A stretch of DNA of 64,000 nucleotides from Octopus vulgaris. Its lineage: Eukaryota. The stretch is from assembly GCA_951406725.2 (NCBI GenBank), contig OX597823.1:79856001-79920000 (forward strand), in the 5' to 3' direction. A program made the position numbers and the translations under genes. The notes beneath the pieces are model-generated. The model had not been told where the DNA came from. It made no database searches and was given only the letters and a program-made list of their open reading frames with translations. Positions 14,634 through 26,520 of this stretch are shown one piece after another (within the stretch, counting starts at the first letter, position 1; every line of letters starts with the position of its first letter).

Positions 14634-15292
14634 ATATCCTGGCAGTATACCGAACCCACTATTCCAAAGCAGATATAAACAAGTTGGGTGTGACCTTATG
14701 CAAATAGAACACTTCTAGAAAATAATTCCAGTTGGACTGGACAAATACTTAGAAACAAAGAAGTGAAGATGCATTTATGTAAAAAAGAAGCATGAGTAGA
14801 CAAATAAAAACTCTTCTTTATACAAATGGAAACGATAAAATTCAATGTAGAGACTGGCTGCAGTGAGCCATAAATTTAGATAACAAATGGTTAAAAGACA
14901 AAAACAAGAAGAAAGAAAAAAGAACAACATGGGGACAGAATTACGAAACATATTCGAGAAATGGAGAGAAAAATTACTCCGTGGCCAATAAGCAACAGGG
15001 TTCGATAGAGAATAATAAAGCTGAAGTAAAAACTAACAAGTTCTCAGAAACTCTGGTCTAAAAGCAGAAAAAAAGGGATTGATACTAGCAGCACAAGACA
15101 TTGGTCATAAACAGCTATAAAAATAAAATTGTGAAAAGTGACCCTAAAATCTAACGCAGAATATGCAGGCGGCACATTGAGATACTTGGACTCAAAATCT
15201 TTGGTTGCCGAGCTCTTTCCAAATATGAGTATATAAACAAGCATAGTCGTGTTGGCAGCTATATCCAGTGGGCACTATGGAAACGTTAATTA

Positions 15293-15686
15293 GGGCGGCG
15301 AGCTGGCTGATACGTTAGCATACCAGACGAAATGCTTAGCGGTATTTCGTCTGCGGCTACGTTCTGAGTTCAAATTCCGCCAAATTGGGGTCCATAAATT
15401 AAATACCAGTTGCGCACTGGGGTCGATGTAATCGACTTAATCCCTTTGTCTGTCCTTGTTTGTCCCTTCTCTGTGTAGCACCTTGTGGGCAGTAAAGAAA
15501 TAGGCATTTCGTCTGCCGTTACGTTCTGAGTTCAAATTCCGCCGAGGTCGACATTGCCTTTCATCCTTTCGGGGTCGATAAATTAAGTACCAGTTACGCA
15601 CTGGGATCGATGTAATCGACTTAATCCCTTTGTCTGTCCTTGTTTGTCCCCTCGGTGTTCAGCCCCTTGTGGGCAATAAAGAAATA
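15293..15686 (+). mobile_element. SINE family B dimer
   Basis: Junction aaagaaata|ggcatttcg at ~15502; probable TSD actatggaaa. Confidence 0.92.
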
Positions 15687-16499
15687 ACTATGGAAATGCT
15701 TTATTGGGAAAATAAATATTAAGTGTCACAAGCATATACCGAACACGAGTACATGATTACATTCTGGCTAAAGTTATCTGGGTAAACTGACAAAGATATC
15801 AAGCTGAACCCCTCAGACATAATAATAAAGACTAAAAAACAAAACATGCACTCTGACAGACATCGCAATCCGTTCTGTTGAAAATATTACCCGAACAGTA
15901 GTAGTGACCTTGAATTTGAAAGATTCAATATGTAGGGAATGAGGGTGAAAACAATACCACTATTGGAGCATCGGGCCTTTAAAAAAGCATAGGAAAAGAA
16001 GCATAGAAGCCATACCAGGGCTCACAAGAGAGATAATATTTTTCTGCTGCCGCCCACCAAAATATTGCTGTTAAGAACAACCTACGTCTTGTGAAAAATA
16101 CTACCAATTCAATAGAATAGTTCAAGATTCAGTCGAATTGTTCAAAAAGAACAATCTTCATAAACAACAAACATTCTTTACAACAAGTATCTAATAATCT
16201 AAAACAACACAAGTGCAACGTCTACTAGACAAGATTAAGACCCGATAAAATAACACAACTCATATTACACACACCACCATGCATAACATAGCATGCACTG
16301 GTATAACAAGAAACAAGAAACCAAGCCCCATAACAAAACAAACAAGGACAGTAAACTAACAGGAGATGCCTATGCACGCACAATCCCCATAAAATTATAA
16401 ATACAATGCTCCACAAACTTCAGGAGAACGGAGGTGCACTAAATGTGCAGTAGGAACATGCAGAAAGCTACTAAAGAAAAACTTTACAAAATGATGATG

Positions 16500-16553
<54 letters not shown>

Positions 16554-17064
16554 GATATGTGCATCTCTGATCACGAGCAGAAGTAGTGGGGGAGCATCAA
16601 AAAGATGGGCTACAGCAAATATTCTGCTCAATACCACAGATTTGCTTGTCAGTTGTTTGACCTTAACCAGTTGAGCATGTCCCTTAGTGGCTGACGATAT
16701 GTGCATCTCTGATCACGAGCAGAAGTAGTGGGGGAGCATCATAGCCATGTGTTGAGAGGGATTCTTTGGGGTTTGAATAATTCACCTCTGGAAACATGGG
16801 TGGTTCTTTCAACATCCTTAAACAACCCCTATTCAGGGACCTTTTGAGCGGGATGGGCTACTCAACCTGAAGAAAATTCTAACTGGGCCCCACCTGCAAG
16901 GTCATGTGCTGTTTATCTTGATATGAGATCACCATGTCGCGCACATATGGTTGTGATGCATGTGCCTGGTGTACTCTTATCAGACGGGTAGTCATGATGG
17001 GTATATTGGGCTTTGTATATTTTACCCCAGTGTCATTTTGATGGCATGAACTGCTCTCTCACTC
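16554..17064 (+). mobile_element. Element C, 5'-truncated with rearranged 5' end
   Basis: Body matches other C copies; 16554-16599 duplicates 16696-16741; (AAT)n both sides. Confidence 0.9.
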
Positions 17065-17106
17065 AATAATAATAATAATAATAATAATAATGATAATAAC
17101 AATAAT

Positions 17107-17730
17107 AAAACTGGTGGGAACACAGACCACCCCCAGTGCTTGAAAATGACCACATCTCACTCCTCTGGAACTTCACCATTCAAACTGACAGAAAGATAGA
17201 TGCAAATAGGCCAGACATCATATTGAAAGACTTCAAACAAAGAACATGCCTCCTCATTGACATGACTGTCCCAATCGATATAAACGTATCTGTCAAGACC
17301 TACCAAAAACTGAGCAAATATAAAGATCTTGAAATAGAAATCAGCAAAATGTGGAAGCTGAAGACTAAAACAATACCTGTTGTCATAGGTGCCCTGGGAA
17401 TGATAGCAAAAGGGGCTGATAGCTACCTAACTCAGATACCAGGAAACCCAAAAATGGCAGAAATTCAAAAGATAGTGCTCATGGGAACTGCTCATATCCT
17501 ACGCAAAATACTTTCTATGTAATCTCAAGGTTTAAAACAAACATAATTTTCGGTTTGAAAAAAAAAAAAAAAATTTTTTTTAGACATTCATTAGTACAAC
17601 CCCCCCCTCAAAAAAAAATATATGGCACACTAGGCATAACAACAACATGAACTTCCAACCTGTTGTCTCTTGAGGTCTCTGGGTGAGACTTGGAGCCAAC
17701 TTGTACAAATATAAAGCAAAAGTAAACATA

Positions 17731-17731
<1 letters not shown>
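17107..17731 (+). mobile_element. 5'-truncated R4/Dong-type LINE (RLE domain plus 3' UTR) in (AAT)n
   Basis: Open RLE frame followed by ~210-bp UTR; (AAT)n on both sides, the known Dong target. Confidence 0.88.
17136..17522 (+). CDS. Restriction-like endonuclease domain of non-LTR retrotransposon (partial; no true start)
   Basis: LLWNF.IQTD, NRPDII, IDMTVP, K..KY.DL, PVVIGALG and QK.VL.GTAHILRK motifs of PD-(D/E)xK RLE in R2/R4/NeSL-group elements. Confidence 0.85.
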   Translation: MLENDHISLLWNFTIQTDRKIDANRPDIILKDFKQRTCLLIDMTVPIDINVSVKTYQKLSKYKDLEIEISKMWKLKTKTIPVVIGALGMIAKGADSYLTQIPGNPKMAEIQKIVLMGTAHILRKILSM

Positions 17732-17796
<65 letters not shown>

Positions 17797-17804
17797 TAAT
17801 AATA

Positions 17805-17992
17805 ATCCTTTCTACTATAGGCCTGATATTTGGGGGAAGGGATTAAGTCGATTACATCGGCCCCAATGCGTAACTGGTACTTATTTAATCGACCCTGAAA
17901 GGATGAACGGCCAAGTTGACTTCGCCGGAATTTGAACTCAGAACGTAGCGACGGGCGAAATACAGCTAAGCATTTTGTCCAGCGTGTTAACG
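17805..17992 (-). mobile_element. SINE family B, old tail, head truncated
   Basis: Core and tail match; lies between (AAT)n and (AAG)n. Confidence 0.82.
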
Positions 17993-18139
17993 AGAAGAAG
18001 AAGAAGAAGAAGAAGAAGAAGAAGAAGAAGAAGAAGAAGAAGAAGAAGAAGAAGAAGAAGAAGAAGAAGAAATTTAGAAATATCAAGGTCTAGCCAGAGA
18101 ACTGGAGATCTTGCAGAAGCGTAAGACAACAATTAAGGG

Positions 18140-18477
18140 TTAAGACTCCCTTCGGTCTCGAATGACTATGGGGTCGCAATTAGAAAGTTCTCCTCCGAGA
18201 AACAAGTCCGGGTAAGATTGTTTGCAGAAGACCAGCTGTTGGCCGTGCATAGCAGTCAACTCTCTCCACGCCACCGATGTTGTGCAAGGAAAAAGCAAAG
18301 GCCGATACAGCTTGGCACCAGTGGCATTGCAACCCATTTCCAAAAATGAGTGATCAGGAACAACGTGAAATAAAGTGTCTCGCTCAAGAACACAGCACAC
18401 AGTCCGGCCTGGGAAATGAACTCAAAATCTCTCGTTTGTAAGCCAGATGCTCTAACCGGTGAGCCACGCGCCCTCAC
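18140..18477 (-). mobile_element. SINE family E, alternative-tail variant
   Basis: Head gagggcgcgtggctc and body tgtgttcttgagcgagacactttatttcacgttg shared with 22268-22509; different 3' part. Confidence 0.7.
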
Positions 18478-19411
18478 AAGATAGCAATTATTCCTGTGAT
18501 AAATGGTGCACTTCAATTTCCGTCTACCAAATCCATTCACAAGGCTTCTGTCGGCCCAAGGCCATAGAAAACACTTGTCCGAGCTGCTACGCAGTGGGAC
18601 TGAATCCTGAACCATTTGGTTGAGAACTACACTTTTTACCACACAGCCACGCCGGCGAAATTCCTAAATATGTTGTTTTATTGCTTTCTTTTATAGTTAT
18701 TTATATCTGTCCATTTTTTTCACACGAATTTTTCATCCTCACACGCCCTTCATTTTATATAACTTTTGTCTTTCGAAACCCACACATTTTCTAACGCTTA
18801 ATATTTTGCATGGATGAACGAACTGTACGAAATAAAACAAATAATTATTATTGTTATTATTATCATCATCCTCCTGATGTTTTCATATTCCTTCAAGAAC
18901 CTTTGCTAAAAATACAGAATGGCTTCGTCCTAATGGAAAGCAGTGAGAGGTGTTTGCTATAGTGGTAGTAAACACTAATCTACGCAAATACACTTCTTGA
19001 TAAAATCGAGTGACAAAAAATTAATACAGATTGTAAAATAAGACAAACGAAAAAAGGAAAAGAAAATTAACACCAAACAAGAAAATGTCGAAACTATTAC
19101 AAGCAAACTAATAATATAATGAACTTGTCAAAAACAAAAATAACTTTAATTTTTTTAGCGTGGTGAGTCAATAAAAATTTCTGAATGTAAGTGATCGCAA
19201 TGAAAAGCAGATAACCTGGTTGAAGTGCATTACGAGGACAGTGTCTTCTTGCCAGAGCGACATACATATATCAGCTGAGAAATTCCATTACTCCGGCAAT
19301 ATTACCAAGTGCACAACTGGCTGCAGGTCAGAAAACTCGTTTATTAGGCGTTGGTATGGCCATGCGGTTAAGAAGCTCGTTGTGTAACCTCGTTGTTTCA
19401 GGTTCAATACC

Positions 19412-19643
19412 TATTTCTTTATTACCCACAAGGGGCTAAACACAGAGGGGACAAACAAGGACAGACATAGGTATTAAGTCGATTACATCGACCCCAGTGC
19501 GTAACTGGTACTTAATTTATCGACCTCGAAAGGATGAAAAGCAAAGTCGACCTCGGCGGAATTTGAACTCACAACGTAACGGCAGACGAAATACCGCTAA
19601 ACATTTCGCCCGGCGTGCTAACGTTTCCTGCCAGCTCGCCGCC
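19412..19643 (-). mobile_element. SINE family B monomer
   Basis: Full length; 15-bp TSD ttcaggttcaatacc at 19397-19411 and 19644-19658. Confidence 0.95.
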
Positions 19644-19763
19644 TTCAGGTTCAATACCGTTGCGCAGCACCTTGGGTAAAATGTTTTCTACGATAGATCC
19701 GAACCGACCAATGGCTTGTGGGTGAATTTAGTAGGCAGAATCTGTGTGGAAGCCCATCGTATA

Positions 19764-19806
<43 letters not shown>

Positions 19807-19947
19807 ATATCTGTGCCTCACCACCACTTGACCACTTAGCTTGTTTAAGCCCCTGTAAGATAGCGGTTCAGTACAACAGACTGACAGGTTTAAGTATGAT
19901 ACTTAAAGACAAATACCCTCGGGTCGATTTGTTTGACAAAACAATAG

Positions 19948-20133
19948 CTGTAGGAGTGGTTGTGTGGTAAGTAACTTGCTTACCAATCACATGGTTCCGG
20001 GTTCAGTCTTACTGCGTGGCACCTTGGGCAAGTGTCTTCTACTATAGCCTCGGGCCGACCAAGCCTTGTGAGTGGATTTAGTAGACGGAAACTGAAAGAA
20101 GCCCGTCGTATATACGTATATATATATATATAA

Positions 20134-20164
<31 letters not shown>

Positions 20165-20378
20165 CGTTTGTGTGTCTGTGTTTGTCCCCCCCCCCTCCCA
20201 ACATCGCTTGACAACCGATGCTGGTGTGTTTACGTCCCCGTAACTTAGCGGTTCGGCAAAACAGACCGATAGAATAAGTACTAGGCTTACAAAGAATAAG
20301 TCCTGAGGACGATTTGCTCGACTAAAAGCGGTGCTCCAGCATGGCCACAGTCAAATGACTGAAACAAGTAAAATGTAA
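19948..20378 (+). mobile_element. SINE family A, young
   Basis: Full-length match to other young copies. Confidence 0.93.
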
Positions 20379-20819
20379 AACCCTTCCGGACGATATCTCA
20401 GCGTAGCCGTTTTACAATAACTGGAACAAGTGGAAGATAGAAGATTCCTATTATTATTGCTGCTGGTGCCGTTGTTGTTGCTATTTTTGTTGTCAGAACT
20501 ATTAGTAAAATTTCTCACTCTCAGTAAATTTCGCGAAAGGTGAGAATGACGAGTGTCGTGCGGTTGAGTGGTTCACCTGTCAGGTTTTGTTTGTACATTG
20601 ATATCAGAAAGAAATCACCTGCCTTTTTAGAGTAATCAGATCTCTATGGAGATATCAGACACCATTGGAGTATTTGTAAAATCCATTATGATAACATAGG
20701 TACCGTTTCTGTACCTACGAAAGAACTTGTACGCCGTACCTGTTACAATTAGCAGCCAAATCTCTGTCAAATTTTAACCTACCGTGTTAAAAAAAAATGC
20801 GAATATGCTCAATAAACTA

Positions 20820-21112
20820 GACGCAGGTGTGGCTGTGCGGTAAGAAGCTTGCTTCCTAAGCAAATACTTACGGGTTCAGTCGCACTGAGTGGCACCTTGG
20901 GCAAGTGTCTTCTACTATAGCCTTGGGCCCACCAAGGTCTAGTGAGTGGATTTGGTAGACAGAAACCGAAAGAAGCCCATGACCCCAGGACATATTCTTT
21001 GTAAGCCTTGTACTTATTCTATCGATTTCTTTTGCCGAACCGCTAAGTTACGGAGACATAAACACACCAGCATTGGTTGTCAATCGATGTTGGGGGGACA
21101 AATACAGACACA

Positions 21113-21191
<79 letters not shown>

Positions 21192-21685
21192 CGGGCAAAT
21201 TTTGATGTTGATTCTGTTCAACTTTGTTATGGTTAATGCAACAATCACACGCTACACACCTTTCTTCCAACCACTGCTCTCAACAGCGGAAGTGAGGTAG
21301 ATCGTTAAAACTTAGTGCGCATGCACAGCAGGGGTTCAAAGTCAATCTGTGCCAAGCGGTGTCATCCTGCGCACTTTAACGTAGTTACTATGGCAACAGT
21401 ACGGATACTTATTGATCAGACCACGTGTGTGTGTGTGTGTGTGTGCTTGTGTATATGTGTGTATTTGTGTCTGTGTTTGTCCGCAGTCACCGCTTGAGAA
21501 CCGGTGCTGGTGTGTTTAGGTCTTCGTAACTTAGCGGTTCGGCAAAGCAGACTGATAGAATAAGTACCAGGCTTTAAAAGAAAGTAAGTTCGGGAGGGAG
21601 GTCGGGGTGATTCATTCGACTAAAAATTCAAAAAGCCGCCCCAGCATGGCTGCAGTCTAATGACTGAAGCAAGTAAGAGATAAAG
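20820..21685 (+). mobile_element. SINE A pieces with an inverted internal segment
   Basis: 5' half + (20820-20978), middle/3' segment - (20980-21196), 3' half + (21424-21685). Confidence 0.8.
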
Positions 21686-22267
21686 TAAATTATGGGTTTC
21701 CGTCGATTTCGACGATGATTAATCAGTTGTTTCATTAACCGAGTTACCTGTTCACTGAATTAGCGTTGACTGGTTGAGTACTCCACAGTAACGTAATTCC
21801 CCGCTTGGACCAGTAAGACACCCTGAACGATATGCTGGCTCTTCAAAATTGCAAATATGATCCATCCATTAGGCTTCCTCACAGTTTTCTTTGACTCAGT
21901 TCCACTCGCAGGACCTATGTTGGCCCGAGGTTAAGAGAAAAGACACTGGTCCAAGACTCCAATGCAGTGGGATCGAACCATGTCATTGCGAAGATAACTT
22001 CTTGACCATTCGGCTATCTTTTATCCTTTGTTTTACTCATTTCAGTCATGGGACTGTGACCATGCTGGGGCACTACAGTAACGAGCATAGTTGAAAAAAC
22101 TGACCCTGATAATTATTTTTCTTAGTTTCGTAATTATTCTATTGGTCTTTTGCCGAACTCCTGAATTACGGGGATATAAACAAACCAACATTAAGTATCA
22201 AGCGATGGTGGGAGATAAACACAAATACAAAGACAAACAAACACACACATACAAAATAGATGCGCCC

Positions 22268-22509
22268 TTTTAAAGCCTAGCCAGGCTCATGGGCCCGGTT
22301 TCCTGGTTTCAGTGGCGTATGTGTTCCCCAGGTGAACGGGGCGCCAGTTCATCGAAGCGTTAGTCATTTTTGCCGGCTGAGTGTGACTGGAGCAACGTGA
22401 AATGAAGTGTTTTGCTCAAGAACACAACGCGTCGCCCGGTCCAGGAATCGAAACCACAATCTTACGATCATGCTGCTGACACCCTAACCGCTAAGCCACG
22501 CGCCTCCAC
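22268..22509 (-). mobile_element. SINE family E (tRNA-derived)
   Basis: Minus strand GTGGAGGCGCGTGGCTTAGCGGTTAGG (A box) ... GGTTTCGATTCC (B box), CORE-like GTGTTCTTGAGCAAAACACTT. Confidence 0.88.
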
Positions 22510-22560
22510 ACTCACACACATACACACACACATATATATATATATATATTCAAAGGGCTT

Positions 22561-22626
<66 letters not shown>

Positions 22627-23563
22627 GCAAAGGGCGTCCGCACAATTTCCCCCTACTAAATTCCTTTATTAGGCATTGGTCGGTCCGGAGCTATAGCAGA
22701 AGTCACATGCCCAATGTGCTGTGTAGTAAGACTACACTTGAAATCCCGTTATTGCTAAGTGAGCATCTTAATCTGATGGCCATGCTGTAGTCTTTGATTA
22801 TAATATTTGGAAAACGAAGGCAAGAAGATCACGATTTGAATGCTGGACGAATGCTATAAGTTCGACACACAGAGAAACAAGAGTTCCAACTCCAAATGTG
22901 GACGACATTCGTAGGCCAGGCTTAACCTTGCGATCGATTACCTGCATACCAGATGTTTGTTTAATCAGAGCTCACCTGAGCCAACACAATTTCAAAAACC
23001 AACAGCAACAAGAAAAACCATGCACTTTAGTGTTTTATCTTGAAACCATTTGAGCATCATTCATCGAGTTCACTAAATGCCATTATATAGTAAATATAGC
23101 CAAAGCGGAAAACGCATGGTAGCAATTTTTAGAAAAATACGATGCCATACATTTAGTTTATACGGATTATATTGCACTGCGTGCGCGTAGTGTTAATATA
23201 TCATAAAATTGAGTAGAAAGAGGAGGTTTTTTTATGATAAAATAAATTGATAACAGTAAACTATGTAAAATATGCAGATATTTGCTCGAAAAGCTAACCT
23301 AAATACAGGATTGCATTAAGTTGTACACAGTATCGCATATACAAAAGACTCACGCATCCACACATGTACACAGTCACTCATATATTCATGCATTAGAATA
23401 AGCAAAATACTTTGGATATAAAAAGATAATGAATTAACTATTTATCAGATTAATTTCATTCTCCTATAAATTTGTATCCATGCAGCAACTACCAGATATA
23501 CCGTATGTGTACTCATATATTACTCATATATACATCGCTTACATACACGTTTGCCTATGTGTG

Positions 23564-23609
<46 letters not shown>

Positions 23610-23612
<3 letters not shown>

Positions 23613-24235
23613 TGAGGATAGATTTTCTCTAACTCACTTCCGGTTATTGCAAGAAACGGAACTTGTACAGGTATAATCATACATGTCTCTACATGTCACA
23701 TTGTAAATTGCAGCTTTCCACTAGCATTCGTTTGTCATTTACGGTTGCTGAAGCGGACAAAAGTGTTATAATGGAGGCAGTTGAATGTAGATCAGTGATC
23801 AGGTTCTTATACTTGAAAGGTCGTACACTAAAAGAGACATTCGATGAAATGAAAGAAAATTATGGCGACGATGCACCATCATACGACGTATCACCAGTTC
23901 AAATATGGTTGAACATAGGTGGAAACTGCTCCTATTCATAGACGACCACATTGATGATGACACCGTCCATAAATTGGAAGCCGCAATTTTGGAGGATCAC
24001 CGCATAATTATTCGGTAACTGGTCCAAGAAGTGAAGATAAGTTTAGGATCCGTGGAAAAAATCATTCACAATCATTTGCACAGTGGCTGTGTGGTAAGTA
24101 GCTTGCTTACGAACCACATGGTTCCGGGTTCAGTCCCAGTGCGTGGCACCTTGGGAAAGTGTCTTCTACTATAGCTTCTGGCCGACCAAAGCCTTGTGAG
24201 TGGATTTGGTAGACGGAAACTGAAAGAAGCCCGTC

Positions 24236-24310
<75 letters not shown>

Positions 24311-25062
24311 TTTGTGTGTTTGTGTTTGTCCCCCCCAACATCGCTTGACAACCGATGCTGGTGTGTTTACGTCTCCGTAACTTAGTGGTTCGGCAAGATA
24401 GACCGATAGAATAAGTACTAGGCTTACAAAGAATAAGTCCTGGGGTCGATTTGCTCGACTAAAGGCCGCAGTCAATTGCTCCCAGGCAATGTAAGTATGA
24501 TAACTCATCACTTCCAAAGAAGCCTCGTGTCCAACACTCAGCAGGCAAGGTGATGCTCACAGACTTTTGGGACCAGCGCGGAGTAGTGATGATGGATTTT
24601 CTGGTAAAGGGCACCTTCTCTACTGCAGAAATTACGGGACACCATCAAAGCACAGAGGCGTGGCCTACTGACCAAAGGAGTCCGTCTCTTCTAAGACAAC
24701 GTCCCAGTTCACAATGCGCATGTTTCCCAGAAGAAAGCACACTCTTGTGGTTATGAAATCCTTCCTCATCCCCCTTACTCTTCCGACCTCGCACCATTTT
24801 TCACCTCTTTCTAACCATGAAGTCTTTTTTGTGAGGGAAGCACTTTTCAATTAATGACCTTATTTCCGAGGTAAAGTCTTGGCTCCAGATGCAACCTACT
24901 GACTTCTACTGACGAAGTCTTCACAGCTGCATAAAGTGACAGGAGAAGTATGACACTAATCATGGTGGCTGTGTAGAGAAGGACTAAGAAGTATGCCAAG
25001 TTTCGCTTATTTCAGTCCTTGAGAAGTGGGTCAGGGGAAATTTTTAATGAACAGCCCTTGTA
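23610..25062 (+). mobile_element. Degenerate mariner transposon interrupted by SINE A
   Basis: MEAVECRSVIRFLYLKG..APSY (HTH), AGKVMLTDFWDQRGVV, DNVPVH, HPPYSSDLAP; inverted subterminal match ttttctctaactcacttc/gaagtgggtcaggggaaa; 3' end cagcccttgta. Confidence 0.88.
24082..24474 (+). mobile_element. SINE family A within mariner
   Basis: High identity to other young copies; both ends slightly clipped. Confidence 0.92.
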
Positions 25063-25531
25063 CATATCTTTTATTTTTTTATCTTTTACTGGTTTCAGTC
25101 ACTGGACTGCGGCAATGCGGGAGTCACCACTTTGAAGTATTTTTAATCGAACGTGTCGACTCCAGTTCTGATACTGTTTTTTTAAGCCTTGTACTTATCG
25201 GCCTCTCTGGCCGAACTGCTAGATAACAGGAACATGGGCTGTCAAGCGATTATATATCTATATATATGTTAATGTGTCAGTGTGTGTGTGTGTGTGTATG
25301 TGTGTGTGTGTGTGAATGTCGAACGATGAAACTGAGTGCTCAACACTGGTTTGGTGGATCAAATTTCTTTATTTGTGAATTAAGGCTACCATTGGTTTCA
25401 TGTTAAGAAAAGTAGGAAAATATCCTAGTATCTTAATAATTTTTCAAGCCGAACGCATGGAGGAAAGATGTTCGTCTCCATTTTGGAAAACATAAATTCT
25501 CGTTGAATTCGCGGAGATTCTTTTGGATCCA

Positions 25532-25595
<64 letters not shown>

Positions 25596-25629
25596 CAGAG
25601 ACAGAGAGAGACAGAGAGGAGGGGAGATT

Positions 25630-25936
25630 AAATAAGTAACAAGGATGTCAAGGTATTATCGATTATAATTTTAAACCAAAATTAAATATCCTGACTGTTG
25701 AAAATTTGTATTTTGCAACTGAAGATGGTGATGTATTTCAAACTGATGAATTACTTGCATTGTTCGATTAAATGGAGCCACCTGAAACGGCCGTATTGCA
25801 TTAATACTGCGACACCTCTGTTACTTATTTGCTTTTGTCTTTCACCTTACTTTGAGCCTCCTTGCGGATAATACCGGACTGGCTTGGCGCATCAACTAAA
25901 TACCTCGGTACCTCATTTAAATCTTAATTATTTCTT
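25630..25936 (+). mobile_element. Fold-back element with hammerhead ribozyme
   Basis: Inverted arms 25630-25658/25802-25830 enclosing a hammerhead; tail ends in (TA)n. Confidence 0.72.
25708..25807 (+). ncRNA. Type I hammerhead ribozyme with long loop II
   Basis: Stem I gtatt..tgcaa/ttgca..aatac; CTGAAGA 25719-25725; stem II ggtg/cacc; GAAAC 25784-25788; palindromic ACGGCCGT; GTA triplet 25793-25795. Confidence 0.8.
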
Positions 25937-26073
25937 ATATATATATATATATATATATAGTATATAAATATATTTAGTATATAAATATATTTAGATATTA
26001 ACAAATATATTAATATTAATATATATTATATATATTAACATAAATATTAATATATAAATATTTATAGATATAT

Positions 26074-26258
26074 AGGCGCAGAAGTGGCTGTGGTAAGAAG
26101 CTTGCTAACCAACCACATGGTTCCGGGTTCAGTCCCACTGCGTGGCACCTTGAGCAAGTGTCTTCTGCTATAGCCCCGGGCCGACCAATGCCTTGTGAGT
26201 GGATTTGGTTGACGGAAACTGAAAGAAGCCTGTCGTATATATGTATATATATATATAA

Positions 26259-26298
<40 letters not shown>

Positions 26299-26520
26299 GT
26301 GTGTATTTGTGTGTCTGTGTTTGTCCCCCTAGCATTGCTTGACAACCGATGCTGGTGTGTTTACGTCCCCGTCACTTAGCGGTTCGGCAAAAGAGACCGA
26401 TAGAATAAGTACTGGGCTTACAAAGATAAGTCCCGGGGTTGATTTGCTCGGCTAAAGGCGGTGCTCCAGCATGGCCGCAGTAAAATGACTGAAACAAGTA
26501 AAAGAGTAAAGAGTAAAGAG
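26074..26520 (+). mobile_element. SINE family A, young
   Basis: Full length; probable TSD agatatat. Confidence 0.94.

Larger units (their letters stand above)
13488..16490 (+). pseudogene. Degenerate 5'-truncated R4/Dong-type LINE (RT C-terminus, CCHC, RLE), interrupted by three SINE insertions
   Basis: Frameshifted motifs in the expected order: KYLG, RRVRLVLKSELYARN, PKAD, LILAAQD, RIC, GC..EY..KH, RLE-like DIII, LLRTTYVL; bounded by (AAT)n. Confidence 0.75.
19348..20440 (+). mobile_element. Old SINE A hosting two nested SINEs
   Basis: Diverged head 19348-19411, body 19644-19940, tail 20380-20440. Confidence 0.7.
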
